Assembly: GCA_963789955.1 (NCBI GenBank) | Contig: CAWBMV010000022.1 | Span: 544,001 to 608,000, forward strand | From: an uncultured Candidatus Rokubacteria bacterium | GTDB taxonomy: Bacteria; Methylomirabilota; Methylomirabilia; Rokubacteriales; CSP1-6 | DNA length: 64,000 nt | Reading direction: 5' to 3' | Shown: positions 61,214 to 64,000 of the stretch, piece after piece | How the letters are laid out: each line of letters opens with the position of its first letter | Position numbering within the stretch: the stretch's first letter is position 1 | The notes under the pieces: model-generated | The model's database searches: none | Seen by the model: the letters and a program-made list of their open reading frames with translations, nothing else | What the model was told of the DNA's origin: nothing | Position numbers and translations under genes: made by a program

Positions 61214-63185
61214 TCACCGGTGCGCGGTCGGCGACGGCGCGACATCCCGGCGTGTGGTGCCGATCGTGCGCGCGCGGCGCTCCCACATCACGAGCGCAAC
61301 CCCGAGCGCAAGGCCGAACAGATCGGCCGCCGCCGTCGGCAGCCAGGGTGACGGCGGCATCATCAGGAGCGCGGCCGCCGCCCACGCCCACGCGCGTCCG
61401 AGCCACGACAGCGGCCGGAAGAGGTAGCCGGCGCAGCCGATACCGAGCAGCACCACGCCGATCGACGCCGTGAGCATCGTGATCAGGATCTCCGCGAGCG
61501 TTCCGTGGCCGATCAGCGCGGGATGGAACGCGAAGACGAACGGAACGACGTAGGCCACGATGCCCAGGCGCATCCCCGCCCAGCCGGTCTTCCAAAAGTC
61601 CGCCTGGGCGATCGCGGCGGCGGCGTAGGTGGCCAGGCAGTCGGGCGGCGTGATCAGCGAGAGCATGCCGAAGTAGAACAGGAACAGATGCGCCGCCAGC
61701 GGATCGATGCCGAGCTGGGTCAGCGCCGGACCGATCAGTACCGCGAGCGTGACGTAGACCACCGTGGTCGGCAGCGACATGCCGAGCACGATCGAGACCA
61801 TCGCGGTCAGGACGAGCAGGAGCACGACGTTGCCGCCGGCGGCGCTCGTGAGCAAGATCGGCAGCTTCGACGTCAGCCCCGAGAGCTGGAACGCGCCGAT
61901 CACGATCCCGGCGAGCGTCGTGATCGCGATGAGGTCCAGCATCGTGCGGCCGGTGCCCTCGATCGCCTCCATGATGCCGCGCCAGCTCGGTCGCGTCGCC
62001 TTCTGCAGGCATCCGACGAGCACGGTGGTGCCCACCGCGAGCATGCCGGCGGCGCCCGCTTCCCAGTTGCTGAGCATCAACGTATAGAGCAGCACGCCGA
62101 GCGGCACCAGGAAGACCCAGCCCACGCGCATGACGTCGCGTAGCCGCGGCAGCTCGGCCCGCGGCAAACCGGTGAGCCCGAGCTTCGCCGCTTCCAGGTC
62201 GATCTGGACGAACAGCGCCAGGTAATAGAGGACCGCCGGGAGGGCGGCGGCGAGCGCGACCTGACCGTACGGAATCGAGAGATATTCCGCGATCAGGAAC
62301 GCCGCCGCGCCCATGACCGGCGGCATGATCTGGCCGCCGTTCGAGGACACCGCTTCGATCGCTGCCGCCAGATGCGGGGGATAGCCCGAGCGCTTCATCA
62401 TCGGGATCGTGATCGCGCCGTCGACGACGACGTTGGCCACGGCGCTGCCCGACACGGTGCCGTAGAGGCTCGACGAGACGACGGCCATCTTGGCGGCGCC
62501 GCCGCGATAGCGGCCCATCACCGACATCGCGAAGCCGGTGAGAAATGCGTCGCCGCGCACGGCGGTCAGCGCCTGGCCGAAGAAGATGTACGCGACGACG
62601 ATGCTGGCCGTGACGCCGAGCGGGACCCCCAGGATGCCGCTCGAGTCGAGGTAGAGATAGGTGGCGATCCGGCCCCAGCTCGAGCCCTTCGCATAGAGCG
62701 GCCCGGGCAGGAGCCAGCCGAATTTCGCGTAGAGCACACAGCCGAGCGCGATCCACATGAGGGCCCAGCCGGCGATCCGGCGCGTGGCCTCGAGCACCAG
62801 CACGATCGCGAGCGTGGCCGGGACGAGCCGATCCCAGCTGAGGCTCGCGAGCGAGTACGACATCGAGGGATAGAGAATCGTGATGTAGAGGCCGACGGCG
62901 AGCGCGCCGGCGGCGCCGATCCAGTCGTACCACGGCACCCGATCGTGGGCGGCTCCCGGGTGCGCCTTCACCACGAGGAAGACGCCGGCGAGGCCGAGCC
63001 CCATGAACAGGCCGAGGTACTGCTCGTTGAACAGGGCGATCGGCAGGTGATACTGCAGCCCGAGCGCCCAGAACGCTCCGGTCACGGTGACGGCGACCAG
63101 GACGACGCGCTCGATGCCGCGCGCGGCGCCGCCGAGGCTGCGGAACTTCGGGAGAGACTTCGGATCGAGCGGCGCTCGAGCGGCG
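61214..63185 (-). CDS. TRAP transporter fused 4TM/12TM permease (start uncertain)
   Basis: LEATRR..G, GGAAKMAVVSS, SGSAVANV, TIPMMK..GY, SNGGQIMPPVMGAAAF, GMSLPT, ITPP, GWAG. Confidence 0.92.
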
Positions 63186-64000
63186 CTACGGGTTCACCGC
63201 GAGCAGCTTCTGCTGGACCTGATCCATCCCCGGCTTCCAGACGTTGCGCTCCTTGTAGAAGCGGATCGCGCCCGGATGGTACGGGATCGCGACGTCGAGC
63301 GTCGACCGCGCGATCTTGCGTCCACTCCTTGAACATCGGATGGATCGGCACGAGCTGGTCGCCGCCCTCCCACACCGCCTTCAGCGCCGCCTCGACGACG
63401 TGGTCGGGGACGGACTTGCCCGCGAAGAAATACGTATCGTAGGCGATGACGCAGGTGTCCTCGACGACGCCGGTGATCGAGCCGGGCTTCACGACGCGCG
63501 GATAGTAGCCGGGCACCGCCTTGCTTCATGCGGGCCTCGCCCTGCGCCGAGCAATCGTCCGAGATGTGCCGGACGCCGATCGCGGCGTCGGCTTCCTTCA
63601 CCTTGGCCGAGTTGAGCGCGTGCTGGGTGACGTCGGCACGGCCCTGCATGAGCGCGTCGACGCCGTCGTTGACGGTGTTGACCGGCACCACCTTGACGTC
63701 GTTCCAGGTGAGCCCCCCGCTCGCGAGATGTCCGAACATGTTGTACCAGACCGCCAGATGCGCGCGGTACTCGCCGGTGAACCGCTTTCCCTTGACGTCC
63801 TGGACGGTCTTGATCGGCGAGTCCTTCCGGACCAGGAGCCCGACCATCAGCGGCGCGCCGCGCATGACGAGCCGCACGTTGGGCGCGTGCGTGAACGGAT
63901 TGCGACCGCCGATCTGGTGGGCCGGGCCGCGATAGGCCAGCCAGAGGTCGACACCGTTCTGGATGCCGAACTCCATCTCGCCGCTGTTGACGAGCGGGAG
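63186..64000 (-). CDS. TAXI-family TRAP substrate-binding protein, C-terminal part (frameshifted, truncated by window edge)
   Basis: VRKDSPIK...D.KGKR, AL..GR.D, VP..VV..., IHP, PYHPGA.RFYKE; upstream of the fused TRAP permease. Confidence 0.85.

Overview
64 kb of high-GC bacterial chromosome, almost fully coding. The gene mix (many luciferase-like monooxygenases, Amidohydro_2 proteins, amidases, orphan XDH/CoxL-type Mo subunits, a family-5 ABC binding protein, a TRAP-TAXI transporter) resembles a soil or subsurface metagenome-assembled genome. Candidatus Rokubacteria (Methylomirabilota) is a guess I cannot verify here. Roughly 17-19 otherwise well-conserved genes carry single-base frameshifts, most simply read as long-read indel errors, so many ORF-track entries are chimeric. 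No rRNA, tRNA, CRISPR array, transposase or prophage was seen. Highlights: (1) A cobalamin riboswitch with an RBS-sequestering hairpin (16613-16799) heads a five-gene lipid-modification operon: a split CFA-synthase N-terminal domain, a geranylgeranyl-reductase-like flavoprotein, a CFA-type methyltransferase, an acyl desaturase and a tandem YjbQ-like protein. This is a candidate B12-independent route to mid-chain methyl-branched (e.g. 10-methyl) or cyclopropane fatty acids. (2) A DsbA/FrnE selenoprotein missed by the ORF track (in-frame TGA, UxxC, SECIS-like hairpin). (3) A ppd-pepM(+NTP transferase) phosphonate pair. (4) A repair operon with a PolX lacking its catalytic aspartates, an unknown protein and a LigD polymerase domain. 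(5) A halogenase-like plus condensation-like gene pair. (6) Two sigma54 promoters and a sensor-less sigma54 activator. (7) A MITE-like palindrome and a dispersed 58-bp REP-like repeat. All family calls come from motif recognition by eye, not database searches.
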